Source: Desulfomonilia bacterium
GTDB lineage: Bacteria; Desulfobacterota; Desulfomonilia; UBA1062
Length of the DNA stretch: 64,000 nt
Assembly: GCA_963664325.2 (NCBI GenBank)
Contig: CAXXDQ010000003.1
Span: 576,001 to 640,000 of the forward strand
Direction of reading: 5' to 3'
The translations under genes were made by a program, and so were the position numbers. Of this stretch, positions 16,986-26,218 are shown one piece after another; the first letter of the stretch is position 1, and every line of letters begins with the position of its first letter. The notes below the pieces were generated by a model. The model saw only the letters and a program-made list of their open reading frames with translations, did not search any database and was not told where the DNA came from.

Positions 16986-18158
16986 TTATAATGTCTCCGA
17001 TATGGGATATGCCCCGTAGCGTTTGCATGCATCGACCATGACTTTCATCTTGTGGGCAGGCATTGAAGAGAGGCCGTGAACCGGAGACAGGATATAGCGC
17101 CCGCCTGGACCCAGCTCCCGGATAAGCTTTTTCACTTCTTCCACGATCTCCTCGTCCTTTGAACGGTCCGTCAAGAGGTAGTCGACGCCTATGTTTCCGA
17201 CAATTGTCATTTTATCGCCGTGCTCGCGCTTTTGCTTGAAGATGTCCACATTCGATGTGTTTTCATAACCGTGGCAGCCGTCCGCCCCCCACTTGATGAA
17301 ACAATCGAACAAGAGGGTATTATCTCCGCAGGAATGATGAATATATCGGCCGCCCCGGTCATGCACGGCCTTGATGATGCGTGTATAGGGCGGTCCGTAG
17401 AGCTCGTCAATCAGTTTGGGTCTCAACATGGGGCCGGTCTTGAATGCAAAATCGTCTGTCTGGATTACAACCTTTATGCCTGCATCCATGATCGCCATGA
17501 TGGTCTTCATGCAGACCTCCTCGGCCCATGCGATGTACCTGTCCACCAGGTCCTTTTCTCTTTTTATCCACACAGGCATTCTCTCGAAACCTATTGCCCA
17601 GAGCATGCTTTCCTGTATGCCGTATGCCGAGCCCTGCCCGATCAGGCATATCTCATCGCCATATTTTTTTACCATCCTTTTCATGAAGCGGTAATTGCTC
17701 TGCGCAAGTTCGTCGATATCAGGCCACCAGGGCCATGCTTCAAAGTCTTCTCTGCTCTTTATCCCTGGGCCGCGGTACATGTAGATGGCGTTTCCGAAGC
17801 CGTCCTCCATGAGATCATAGATGGAACCAGAGAAACGAACCATGGTCTTTGAATCAAGGAATATAAAGCTCCGTTCGTGTATAGCCCATGTGGCGTCAAA
17901 TCCGAGCACGAGTGCGGCTTTGATGCGCTTGTCAAGCGTGGAGTCAATGAAGGGCTGTAACAGGGGCCTGGTCAGTTTGGGGCCGAACCTGTCCAGGAAA
18001 AACCGCGATACGGGGTTCCAGAGCGTGTCTATCGGTTTTATAAGCGGCTGGCCCAGCACCTCGTTGAAGCCCCTGTCCTCCATGAGCGCGCAGAAAACAG
18101 GCACGCGGTCTACCACCTTGCCGTCAAGTACATCCATTATCCTTGCAGTCGGATCCAT
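16986..18158 (-). CDS. UroD/MtaA-family methyltransferase, paralog 1
   Basis: DRVPVF, TDDFAFKTGP, HHSCGD, YILSPVH. Confidence 0.8.
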   Translation of the reverse strand: MDPTARIMDVLDGKVVDRVPVFCALMEDRGFNEVLGQPLIKPIDTLWNPVSRFFLDRFGPKLTRPLLQPFIDSTLDKRIKAALVLGFDATWAIHERSFIFLDSKTMVRFSGSIYDLMEDGFGNAIYMYRGPGIKSREDFEAWPWWPDIDELAQSNYRFMKRMVKKYGDEICLIGQGSAYGIQESMLWAIGFERMPVWIKREKDLVDRYIAWAEEVCMKTIMAIMDAGIKVVIQTDDFAFKTGPMLRPKLIDELYGPPYTRIIKAVHDRGGRYIHHSCGDNTLLFDCFIKWGADGCHGYENTSNVDIFKQKREHGDKMTIVGNIGVDYLLTDRSKDEEIVEEVKKLIRELGPGGRYILSPVHGLSSMPAHKMKVMVDACKRYGAYPISETL

Positions 18159-18274
18159 ATAACCTCGCTTTCAAAATCGCCTTTCTGATGCCCGGAAGGC
18201 GGATTAATAAAGATTTCTTCCCCTGAAAAAAATTAAAAGGGATTCTTTTCAACAGATGCCATTATAGAACAGTT

Positions 18275-18296
18275 TAATCCAAATATAATTGGATTA
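18275..18296. promoter_or_regulatory. Candidate operator in the divergent promoter region
   Basis: taatccaa-N6-ttggatta inverted repeat in the AT-rich gap between the methyltransferase operon and the crotonase. Confidence 0.35.
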
Positions 18297-18441
18297 TAAA
18301 TTCAATTTTTTGTAAATTTGTGCTCGAAGGAACAAGAGTGCCACTATAGTAACTGAATATTAAGAGTTTACAATATGAAATTTGAATTTTAGCTTGACCC
18401 ACACTCATTAATATTTTTGAATCAGAAGACAAAATTATTCG

Positions 18442-19242
18442 ATGAAGGAGCAAGTGATGCCTGATACATTATATGAAATTAAAGACAATATCGCCTTTAT
18501 TACACTGAACCGCCCTGACAAACTGAATTCCGTTACCATGGACCAGCTCGAAGACCTGATAATTCAGCTTAACCGCTTTGAGCAGAATGACGATGTCCGC
18601 TCGATAATTATAACCGCAACCGGCCGCGGATTTTGCACCGGCGCTGATCTGTCGGGCGGCGGCGGACGGCATGACGTGACAACGCCGGTGGGCATGAAGC
18701 TTTCGGCGCATCTTTACGGACGCATCTGCTTTACCATCGCCACGATTGAAAAGCCGGTCATTGCGGCGGTCAACGGCATAGCGGCAGGTTCGGGCTGCAA
18801 CCTGGCGCTCTGCTGCGATATAATCCTGGCTGCGAAATCGTCCAAGTTCATACAGATATTCGTCAAGCGCGGCATGGTGCCCGACTGCGGCGGAACTTAT
18901 TTCCTTCCGAGGCTGGTGGGCCTTGCCAAGGCGAAAGAGCTTATCATGACCGGAGATCCCATCCTGCCAGACGAAGCGCTAAGGCTTGGCATGGTCAACC
19001 GCGTTGTCGATGACGGCAAGCTCATGGAAGAGGCGACGACGCTTGCGGCGAAGCTGGCCAAGGGCCCGACCCGCTCGATAGGCATGATAAAGCACCTCGT
19101 CAACCGCTCTTATGATTCTGACCTCATGAGCCAGCTGGACATGGAGGCCGCGTTCCAGGGGCTTGCCACTGCCACCGAGGACATGCGCGAGGGGTGGGTT
19201 AGCTTTTTCGAGAAAAGGGAGCCGAAATTCCAGGGAAAGTAG
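18442..19242 (+). CDS. Enoyl-CoA hydratase/isomerase (PaaG-like)
   Basis: ITLNRPDKLN, GFCTGADL, KPVIAAVNGIAAGSG, GMVPDCG, EKREPKFQGK. Confidence 0.9.
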   Translation: MKEQVMPDTLYEIKDNIAFITLNRPDKLNSVTMDQLEDLIIQLNRFEQNDDVRSIIITATGRGFCTGADLSGGGGRHDVTTPVGMKLSAHLYGRICFTIATIEKPVIAAVNGIAAGSGCNLALCCDIILAAKSSKFIQIFVKRGMVPDCGGTYFLPRLVGLAKAKELIMTGDPILPDEALRLGMVNRVVDDGKLMEEATTLAAKLAKGPTRSIGMIKHLVNRSYDSDLMSQLDMEAAFQGLATATEDMREGWVSFFEKREPKFQGK

Positions 19243-19247
19243 AGCGA

Positions 19248-19368
19248 GCGGGGCGTGATAACTTCGCATCTCGTCGTCGCTCCTTGCGGAAACGTTGCGG
19301 CGTACGCTTAAGTACGCCTCACATTTCCGCTTCGTCACTCCTTGACCTGCTTTGTTCTGACGCCCCGC
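19248..19368 (+). repeat. Palindromic intergenic element (MITE/REPIN-like), copy 1
   Basis: Ends gggcgtgataac...gttctgacgccc; central ggcgtac-N6-gtacgcc hairpin. Confidence 0.8.
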
Positions 19369-19596
19369 AATTCCTTGAAACCCTGCATCATATTAGATGT
19401 GAGCCTGAATATCCAGATTGTTGTTCATTAACATGTTCAGGTGTAGAAAGCTTCCAGGGAGGACGCATTGACTGAAGGTCTTTATTTGAAGTTATTTCAT
19501 TGGTGTCCCTATAAGGTCCGTGAAAAATTGCTGGTAATCGAAGGGGATTTAGAGAATGGTATGTTTATACTTCGTTGATATGAAGGAGGAGGTAAA

Positions 19597-20337
19597 ATGG
19601 AACTAAATAAAAATTTCATAGAGTGGGCTTGTTCTTTATCTGGATGTGAAGGTGGAAACCTAAAAGCAGACTATTGGGTGTGTGGAATTGAGTGGGGTTA
19701 TAATAATAAAGCTGGAAACCAAAATGAATACTATAAAGTTGAACTTCCCAAGGAAATCGCAAATGGAAGGTATAATCCTTTGAAAAAATATCCTTGGAAT
19801 GATTCCCTAACATATCCTTATGGGAGGAACGTAGCAAAATTATACTCTGCTATAATTGGCGATGAAGTTCGTAATTATAAAAAAATAGTAGAGAATTGTA
19901 ACGGTTCGGAAATATTCAGGATGAATTTATATCCAATTGCATTTAACAACACGAATGACCAGTTATGGAAAGAATACGATTTAGAAGGAATTACTGGATT
20001 TGAGGAAAAATGTTTATTCAAGACATGGTGTTTCTTAAACAGGTTTCCAGCTATTTCACGATTGGTTAGCCAGGATTATCATCCTAAGGTAATAATAGGT
20101 ACGGGCATTAGTTATCTTACAGATTTTTTTGCATGCTTTGCTAGCAACATCGGTATCAATGCCACCATCAAGAGTGGAAAAGTACGGGATGACAGTATTA
20201 CACGTTCATTCTATTGGGCAAAATTAACCGAAAGAACAATTCTTGCGGTTATCCCATTCTTTTCAGGGCAATACGGATTGAATAGCGATGCCCTTATTCA
20301 AGAAACAGGTTCAAGAATCAGAGAATTGATAGCTTAA
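19597..20337 (+). CDS. Hypothetical protein, AT-rich (possible divergent uracil-DNA-glycosylase-like fold)
   Basis: Strong RBS aaggaggagg; GCEGGN...WVCGIEWG, MNLYPIAF, PKVIIGTG, IPFFS; the fold assignment is a guess. Confidence 0.6.
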   Translation: MELNKNFIEWACSLSGCEGGNLKADYWVCGIEWGYNNKAGNQNEYYKVELPKEIANGRYNPLKKYPWNDSLTYPYGRNVAKLYSAIIGDEVRNYKKIVENCNGSEIFRMNLYPIAFNNTNDQLWKEYDLEGITGFEEKCLFKTWCFLNRFPAISRLVSQDYHPKVIIGTGISYLTDFFACFASNIGINATIKSGKVRDDSITRSFYWAKLTERTILAVIPFFSGQYGLNSDALIQETGSRIRELIA

Positions 20338-20679
20338 ATACTTGTTAGGGACGTTCAGGGAACCTTAGGGGACACCCATAAATGGACGGCTCGGTGTCAG
20401 GCCTTTAACCTTGACAAATTGAGTAACTGTCCTCGGGAGCTATATGAGGATGCCCATAAATGATTAACTTATTAGTCAGGAAAACATTGAATTCCAGTTT
20501 TCGCCGGAATAATGCATAAGATCAAAGCATTGAATTCGGGAGCATACTTGGAGACGCAGACTTCCCCAACGTTTCCTCAGTTGATATTCATGAACAAATC
20601 TTCGTTGTGCTCTTATAAAATATCGATTCTTGACATACACATAAAATGAACTTATGGTGTGTATAAATGGAGGCATAAG

Positions 20680-20877
20680 ATGCGGACAAATATTGTTTTG
20701 AATGAAGAACTGGTGGATAAGGGTATGACTTATACCGGCATAAAAACAAAGAAAGAACTTGTTGAATATGCCCTTTCCGAGCTTGTCAGACGCAAGGAGC
20801 AGAAGAAAATACTTAAACTCTCAGGTAAACTGAAGTGGGAAGGCAATCTGGAAGAGACGAGAAGGAGCCGAATCTGA
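20680..20877 (+). CDS. vapB: Type II antitoxin, VapB family
   Basis: MRTNIVLNEELV...GIKTKKELVEYAL...LKWEGNLEETR; ggagg RBS; directly upstream of a PIN gene. Confidence 0.85.
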   Translation: MRTNIVLNEELVDKGMTYTGIKTKKELVEYALSELVRRKEQKKILKLSGKLKWEGNLEETRRSRI

Positions 20878-21275
20878 AATTTCTTGTTGATACCTCTGTA
20901 TGGATTGATTTTTTTAATGGGAACCAGACAAAATCAGTAACAGTTTTGAAAAATCTCCTTAATAATGAAGAAGATATTTGCATTGCCGATATTGTTTTGA
21001 CAGAAACTTTGCAGGGTTTCAGGTCTGACACTGATTATGCAAAAGCAAAGAAGCATCTTTTGGTATTTCCGGTATATTCGCTTAAAGGAAGAGACTCATA
21101 TATCGCAGCTTCTCAAATATACAGGCTTTGCAGGAAATCGGGATTGACAATAAGGAAAACCGTTGATTGTCTTATAGCGAGAATAGCATTGGAAAATGAC
21201 CTGATCCTGCTCCATAACGATAAGGATTTTGATATGATTGCGAAAGTGACATCTTTGAAGATATTACAGATATGA
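20874..21275 (+). CDS. vapC: Type II toxin, VapC PIN-domain nuclease
   Basis: LVDTSVWIDF, ETLQG, TIRKTVDCLIA, LLHNDKDFD; start uncertain (CTG at 20874 or GTG at 20835). Confidence 0.85.
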   Translation: MKFLVDTSVWIDFFNGNQTKSVTVLKNLLNNEEDICIADIVLTETLQGFRSDTDYAKAKKHLLVFPVYSLKGRDSYIAASQIYRLCRKSGLTIRKTVDCLIARIALENDLILLHNDKDFDMIAKVTSLKILQI

Positions 21276-21498
21276 AAGTTGTAATTCAGGGGACAGTGAA
21301 GCGACTCAATAAGAACCGCAATCCTGCAAGAACAGAGAAACCCGCACAGGCCTTTTAAATGGGAACTTCCCTGGTGTGCATTAACAATTTGTTACACTTA
21401 CTAATTTGACTATGCTGCCTGTCGCCTGTAACAATCTCCATTATAAAAAATTTAAGCAGACCGATGCCTGTTCCAGACAAAATAAAAAAGGAGACCAT

Positions 21499-22026
21499 AT
21501 GGGACTGATTGAAGACCTGATGAAAATGAGCCGGGGTCACGGTCACGGCCATCATGATGACCATCACTACAAAGGCCATGTCGACCATCATTATGACAAA
21601 CACCGGGAATATCGCGAATATGACAACCATGATGAACATGGCGATGAAATTCACCGGTACGGGCCTGTTGATGACCATCACGATAATCACCATGACAAGC
21701 ATCATCCTTACCTCAGGGGTTCGCACAAAACCGACATGGTTTTTTCAATGCTCGAAAAAGTGATGGGCAATAAAACTCTCTTAGTGGGACTTATCATAGG
21801 TGGCATTGTTCTGCTGCTGCTCGGGTTTGGCGCAGTTCTGCTGATACTGCCGATTATCGGATCGCTTTTGGGTTTGGCAGGAAAGGCTGACTTGAAGGGC
21901 ATGCTTGACCCGGTCATAAAACTTCTTCAGGACATTCTGGGCGGCGCACAGAAGGCTGCTTCATTCCTTGACGGAATGGATGTATATGCGAATAATCTCA
22001 GCTTGTGTATGAATTATTTATGTTAA
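21499..22026 (+). CDS. His/Asp-rich membrane protein, hypothetical
   Basis: aaggag RBS before ATG at 21499; N-terminal His-rich tract followed by a long hydrophobic segment. Confidence 0.65.
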   Translation: MGLIEDLMKMSRGHGHGHHDDHHYKGHVDHHYDKHREYREYDNHDEHGDEIHRYGPVDDHHDNHHDKHHPYLRGSHKTDMVFSMLEKVMGNKTLLVGLIIGGIVLLLLGFGAVLLILPIIGSLLGLAGKADLKGMLDPVIKLLQDILGGAQKAASFLDGMDVYANNLSLCMNYLC

Positions 22027-22040
22027 CGATATCTTCTTAT

Positions 22041-22964
22041 TCAGGGTAGCGCGATTTTAATATTGTTCCTTTTGAGGAATTCCGGGAAGCCGTAGAGCTT
22101 TTTTCCGAACATCTTCATCTCGTGCGCGTCTGCCGGGCAGTTGTTCAGGCAGCCGAAGCACAGGATGCATTTGCCTTCATCTATTTTTGCTTCGGCAATG
22201 TCGATTGCGCCTGTCGGGCATTGACTCATGCATTTGCCGCAGGCAATGCACCTGCTCCTGACAAGCTTGTGACTGATGAACAGCTTTGTCGGGGCCATCA
22301 TCGCCTTGCCGCTCAGGATGCTGCCCGTTTCGGCAGCGAAGCTTATCCCGCCCCGGCCGTATTGCATCAGCGTTTTCGAGGCGAAGGCGCGCACGCCTTC
22401 ATATGTCTTCTCGTTCGGCCTGTCCCTGAATTTCAGTATGCGTTCGGAATTGCCGAGAGACCATGTCGGCGGATAGGTGCTCATGTTGCCGAACATGTCC
22501 ATGCCGAGCGGAACTCCGCCTTTGTCAGAGAGCATCTTTAAAATGTTTGCAGCAGCCCTCTTCTGGCCGTCTCCGTTGCCGCCGTAACTAGCAAATGCCA
22601 CTGTCCCCGCCCCCTTTATCGACGGGATTGACCCCAGCCATTTTTTGACATTTAACGGTGCATCGAGGTAGTGGACCGGCGATCCGACGCCAATCAGGTC
22701 ATAATCTGAAAGACTTGCGATATCAGCCTTCCTGATGAAAACCGTGTCAACCTTAAGCCCGGCTTTTTCCCAGGTTCGGGCGATCAGCTCGGAGTAGATC
22801 CGGGTGTGCCCGGTCTGCGAATAGTAGATGAGGACAGCCTTTTCAGGGCTCGCTTTTCTTAGCGTGTTGACCGGCGTTATCGTACCGGCGGATGCATGGG
22901 CCGGTATTATCGAACAGGCCGCTGCGGCTGAGCAGCATGAAATGAACTTCCTTCTGTTTATCAT
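22041..22964 (-). CDS. EFR1-like flavodoxin/4Fe-4S ferredoxin fusion with Tat signal
   Basis: NRRKFI twin-arginine motif and AHA cleavage site; YYSQTGHT flavodoxin loop; CIACGKCMSQCP and CILCFGCLNNCP. Confidence 0.8.
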   Translation of the reverse strand: MINRRKFISCCSAAAACSIIPAHASAGTITPVNTLRKASPEKAVLIYYSQTGHTRIYSELIARTWEKAGLKVDTVFIRKADIASLSDYDLIGVGSPVHYLDAPLNVKKWLGSIPSIKGAGTVAFASYGGNGDGQKRAAANILKMLSDKGGVPLGMDMFGNMSTYPPTWSLGNSERILKFRDRPNEKTYEGVRAFASKTLMQYGRGGISFAAETGSILSGKAMMAPTKLFISHKLVRSRCIACGKCMSQCPTGAIDIAEAKIDEGKCILCFGCLNNCPADAHEMKMFGKKLYGFPEFLKRNNIKIALP

Positions 22965-23017
22965 TTAGTGTCCTCGTGGTATCGGCAGAGCGAATTTCTA
23001 TTCTGCTGTCAGTCTGT

Positions 23018-23533
23018 TCAAATTCCCAATTTGCATGCCAGATTATGGGTAAGCCTGTTCATTTTGAGCGGCAGCGGGCCCAGTCTTGTCTGGATGAATT
23101 CCATGATGACTCCGCAGCTCTTCCGGGTATCCATGTAGGCATAGTCAATGGTGAAGCCCTTGCTTTTTATCTGCCCGCGCTGAAGGATCTCGATTCCGAT
23201 GTCTTTGCACTGGTGAACGAGTTCTTCCAGGTTGTTCACCATATAGCCCAGGTGGTGCAGGCCTTCACGGCTGTCGAGGGTGTCGTTATAATAGCTGCGT
23301 CCTGAAGTTACCTCGATAAGTTCGAGCTGAACCCCGCCGGAATAGGCCATCGCGATCTTCAGCGACGCATTCACGGGCCCGTCCTTTTCAAGTGTAAATT
23401 CAGGGGTGCCTTCCCACAGCATCCACGGGCCTATGCCAAGTTTTTTGAAAGATTCCATCGTTCTGTCGACACTGTAAACAACCATGCCTATCTGGCCGAC
23501 ACCCGGAAGCTTGATACCTGGTATATTATTCAT
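23018..23533 (-). CDS. VOC-family protein (methylmalonyl-CoA epimerase/glyoxalase-like)
   Basis: QIGMVV, GIGPW, QLELIE, EGLHHLGY, YMDT...GVIMEFIQ. Confidence 0.8.
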   Translation of the reverse strand: MNNIPGIKLPGVGQIGMVVYSVDRTMESFKKLGIGPWMLWEGTPEFTLEKDGPVNASLKIAMAYSGGVQLELIEVTSGRSYYNDTLDSREGLHHLGYMVNNLEELVHQCKDIGIEILQRGQIKSKGFTIDYAYMDTRKSCGVIMEFIQTRLGPLPLKMNRLTHNLACKLGI

Positions 23534-23731
23534 TTTTCACCTCGGATTGTGTCTCACATTATATAAGTTTGCCGTTTTACCGCGCAAGGGAATTTGTGAT
23601 TTCCGTTATCATTTTTTATCAGCGCAGTATTCGATGGCAGGGCAGATATCAAGACATCAGCCTGTTCCTGTGTTAAATATTGTAAAACATCTTGACGTGA
23701 AAGGTGCTATAAACGACTTAGGTATATTTAT

Positions 23732-25072
23732 ATGAATAGAAAGAAAACAGAGACTGCACGTCCGAAAAGGTATTTATTAATCCCTGCAACAGCAGTTTCG
23801 ATTTTAATGACCCTGCTTGTTTTTCTTTGCCCGGCAGCGTCTTTCGGAGAGGATCAGGTAAAGCCCGGCGAGGTGCTCGACCTCGGCATGTGCATTGCAA
23901 TCGCACTTAAAAACCATCCGGATATGGTCGCCGCCGCCTCAAGCCAGAAGGCAAGCATCAGCAGGATAGGCCAGGCCAGATCATCCTACTACCCCCAGGT
24001 GAGCATCAATGCGGATTACATGCGTGTCAAGCAGCCTTCATATTCATCGGGCATAACCACAGACAGCACCAACGATACTTATGACGGTTCGGTGTCGCTC
24101 AGCCAGCTCCTGTACGACTTCGGCCGTACCTCGTCACAGGTCGGGATAAAAAAGTCTCTCTCGGAATCATCGGGCGCGAATGTCGCTACCACCGCCAGAG
24201 ACGTGTCATATGCGGTCAAACAGTCATATTACGGGCTTCTGAACGCACGCGACACGCTTGAAGACAACAGGGAAACGGTGAAGAATTTCGAGCAGCACCT
24301 CGACATGGCAAAAAAACTGTTCGAGGCCGGGATCAAACCGATGATCGACGTGACAAAGGCTGAAATGGACCTGAGCCAGGCCAGGCTCAGCATGATAAAG
24401 GCGCAGAACGACATCAGGGTGGCCAGGCTGACGCTCACCAATTCGATGGGTATCGATGAAATGCCGGATATAAAAATCAAGGACGCCCCGCCGTACACGG
24501 ATTACAGTATCACACCCGATGAATCGCTCAACAGGGCCTACGCCAGCAGGCCGGACCTCAAGGCGCTGCAGTGGGAGTACGATGCTGCAAAAAGGTCAAT
24601 CGACTATGCAAAAACGGGCAATTACCCGAACCTCAGTGGGACGGCAGGGGTCGGGAAGACCGGACGGGATTTTCCGCTTAATGACGAATGGTCAATCGGA
24701 GCGGGATTGTCCATCCCTATTTTCACGGGCTTTAATGTCAGATACCAGGTGGATGAGGCGAGATCCAACCTGATGATCAAGAAAGCGGAGATCGACAGGC
24801 TCAAACAGAATATCAGGCTCGATGTGCAGAAGGCCCTCGTCAATCTCTCGGAAATAAAAGAAGCCATAAAGGTTGCCTCGGTGGGAATGTACCAGGCAAA
24901 GCAAAACCGCGAACTGGCTGAAGGCCGCTATGCCGAGGGCATCGGAAATGCGATAGAGGTCAGTGACGCGCTTACCTCCGAACTTACTGCAAAAACAAAC
25001 CATACAATCGTCCAGTATCAGTACTGGCTTGCCATAGCAGCCCTTCAAAAGGCCATGGGGGAAGTCGAATGA
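23732..25072 (+). CDS. TolC-family outer membrane efflux protein
   Basis: ALKNHP, LSQLLYDFG, LSIPIFTG, RYAEGIGNAIEV. Confidence 0.9.
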   Translation: MNRKKTETARPKRYLLIPATAVSILMTLLVFLCPAASFGEDQVKPGEVLDLGMCIAIALKNHPDMVAAASSQKASISRIGQARSSYYPQVSINADYMRVKQPSYSSGITTDSTNDTYDGSVSLSQLLYDFGRTSSQVGIKKSLSESSGANVATTARDVSYAVKQSYYGLLNARDTLEDNRETVKNFEQHLDMAKKLFEAGIKPMIDVTKAEMDLSQARLSMIKAQNDIRVARLTLTNSMGIDEMPDIKIKDAPPYTDYSITPDESLNRAYASRPDLKALQWEYDAAKRSIDYAKTGNYPNLSGTAGVGKTGRDFPLNDEWSIGAGLSIPIFTGFNVRYQVDEARSNLMIKKAEIDRLKQNIRLDVQKALVNLSEIKEAIKVASVGMYQAKQNRELAEGRYAEGIGNAIEVSDALTSELTAKTNHTIVQYQYWLAIAALQKAMGEVE

Positions 25073-26187
25073 AAAAAAAGCTTAACTTTATATTGATTAT
25101 ATTAATTGTTGTTATGGCAGTGATTTCCGCCTGTTCATCAAAGAAACATAAAACCGCAAATCCGCCGGTTCCCGTTATGGTGGAGGCTGTGAGCCAGAAG
25201 ACCATTCCCGTTACGCTGAGCGGCATAGGCAATGTCGAAGCGTATCAATCCATATCCATCAAAGCCCGGATCACGGGTCTCATAACCAGGGTCCATTTCA
25301 CACAGGGCCAGGATGTTAAAAAAGGCGACCCTCTGCTCGACCTTGACTGCAGGAGCGTTGAAGCTGAGCTGAAGAAAGCCCAGGCAAACCTGCTTAAGGA
25401 TACGGCGGAGGCGGAGAATGCACGTGTGGAATACAAGCGCTATGCCCGGCTGATCGAGAAGAACTATGTGGCCAGGCAGGAGTATGACCGGGCAGTGACG
25501 AACCTGGAGACGCTTGAGGCCACTCTCAAGGCCGACAAGGCTATTGTGGACAGCAGCCGGGTACAGATACAGTATTGCTCGATCTACTCCCCGATTGACG
25601 GCAGGACAGGCGCGCTCAAGGTGGATCAGGGCAATATTGTCAATGCCAACGATACCGAGATAACCACGATCAATCAGATTCAGCCTGTTAAAGTTTCATT
25701 TGCCATACCCGAGAAGGATCTTCCCGATATCAAGAAATACATGACAGACAGCAGGCTTAAGATGCAGGTTTTTATCCCCGGGGATGCACAGCCGGAAGCC
25801 GGCGAGCTTAACTTTGTCGATAACTTCATCGATAAGGCAACCGGAACGATCATCCTCAAAGGTGTTTTCGCAAACACTGACAAAAGGCTCCTGCCGGGCC
25901 AGTTTGTTGAAGTCGTATTGAACCTTGCCTATGAGGACAATGCGATTCTCGTTCCGTCTCAAAGCATAGAGCAGGCCCAGGAAGGCCAGTTTGTCTTTGT
26001 CCTTAAACCGGATCTGACTGTTGAAATGCGGACTGTCGTTACCGGCAGGACTTTTAAGAATGAAACGGTTATTTTAAAAGGCCTGAAGCCCGGAGAGAAT
26101 GTCGTGACGGACGGCCAGATGCAGCTGAAACCCGGTACCAGAGTCCGCATCAAAGAAAAGATAAGGAACAACACTCGAGACAGATGA
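25069..26187 (+). CDS. RND efflux periplasmic adaptor (MdtA-like)
   Basis: Lipobox ISAC; GQDVKKGDPL, IYSPIDGRTG, VDNFIDKATGTI, LLPGQFV. Confidence 0.9.
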   Translation: MKKKLNFILIILIVVMAVISACSSKKHKTANPPVPVMVEAVSQKTIPVTLSGIGNVEAYQSISIKARITGLITRVHFTQGQDVKKGDPLLDLDCRSVEAELKKAQANLLKDTAEAENARVEYKRYARLIEKNYVARQEYDRAVTNLETLEATLKADKAIVDSSRVQIQYCSIYSPIDGRTGALKVDQGNIVNANDTEITTINQIQPVKVSFAIPEKDLPDIKKYMTDSRLKMQVFIPGDAQPEAGELNFVDNFIDKATGTIILKGVFANTDKRLLPGQFVEVVLNLAYEDNAILVPSQSIEQAQEGQFVFVLKPDLTVEMRTVVTGRTFKNETVILKGLKPGENVVTDGQMQLKPGTRVRIKEKIRNNTRDR

Positions 26188-26218
26188 TTTATATTCGGTT
26201 GATTAAGGGATTTCGCAG

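Noticed and set aside
14166-17852. Long antisense ORFs (e.g. 14166..14843, 16164..16991, 17220..17852) and similar ones elsewhere in the window
   Set aside because: They are shadow frames of well-supported opposite-strand genes and have no recognisable motifs.
18160-18440. Cobalamin riboswitch upstream of the corrinoid operon
   Set aside because: The region is AT-rich and I could not find a B12-box or the conserved GGGAA core with supporting stems.
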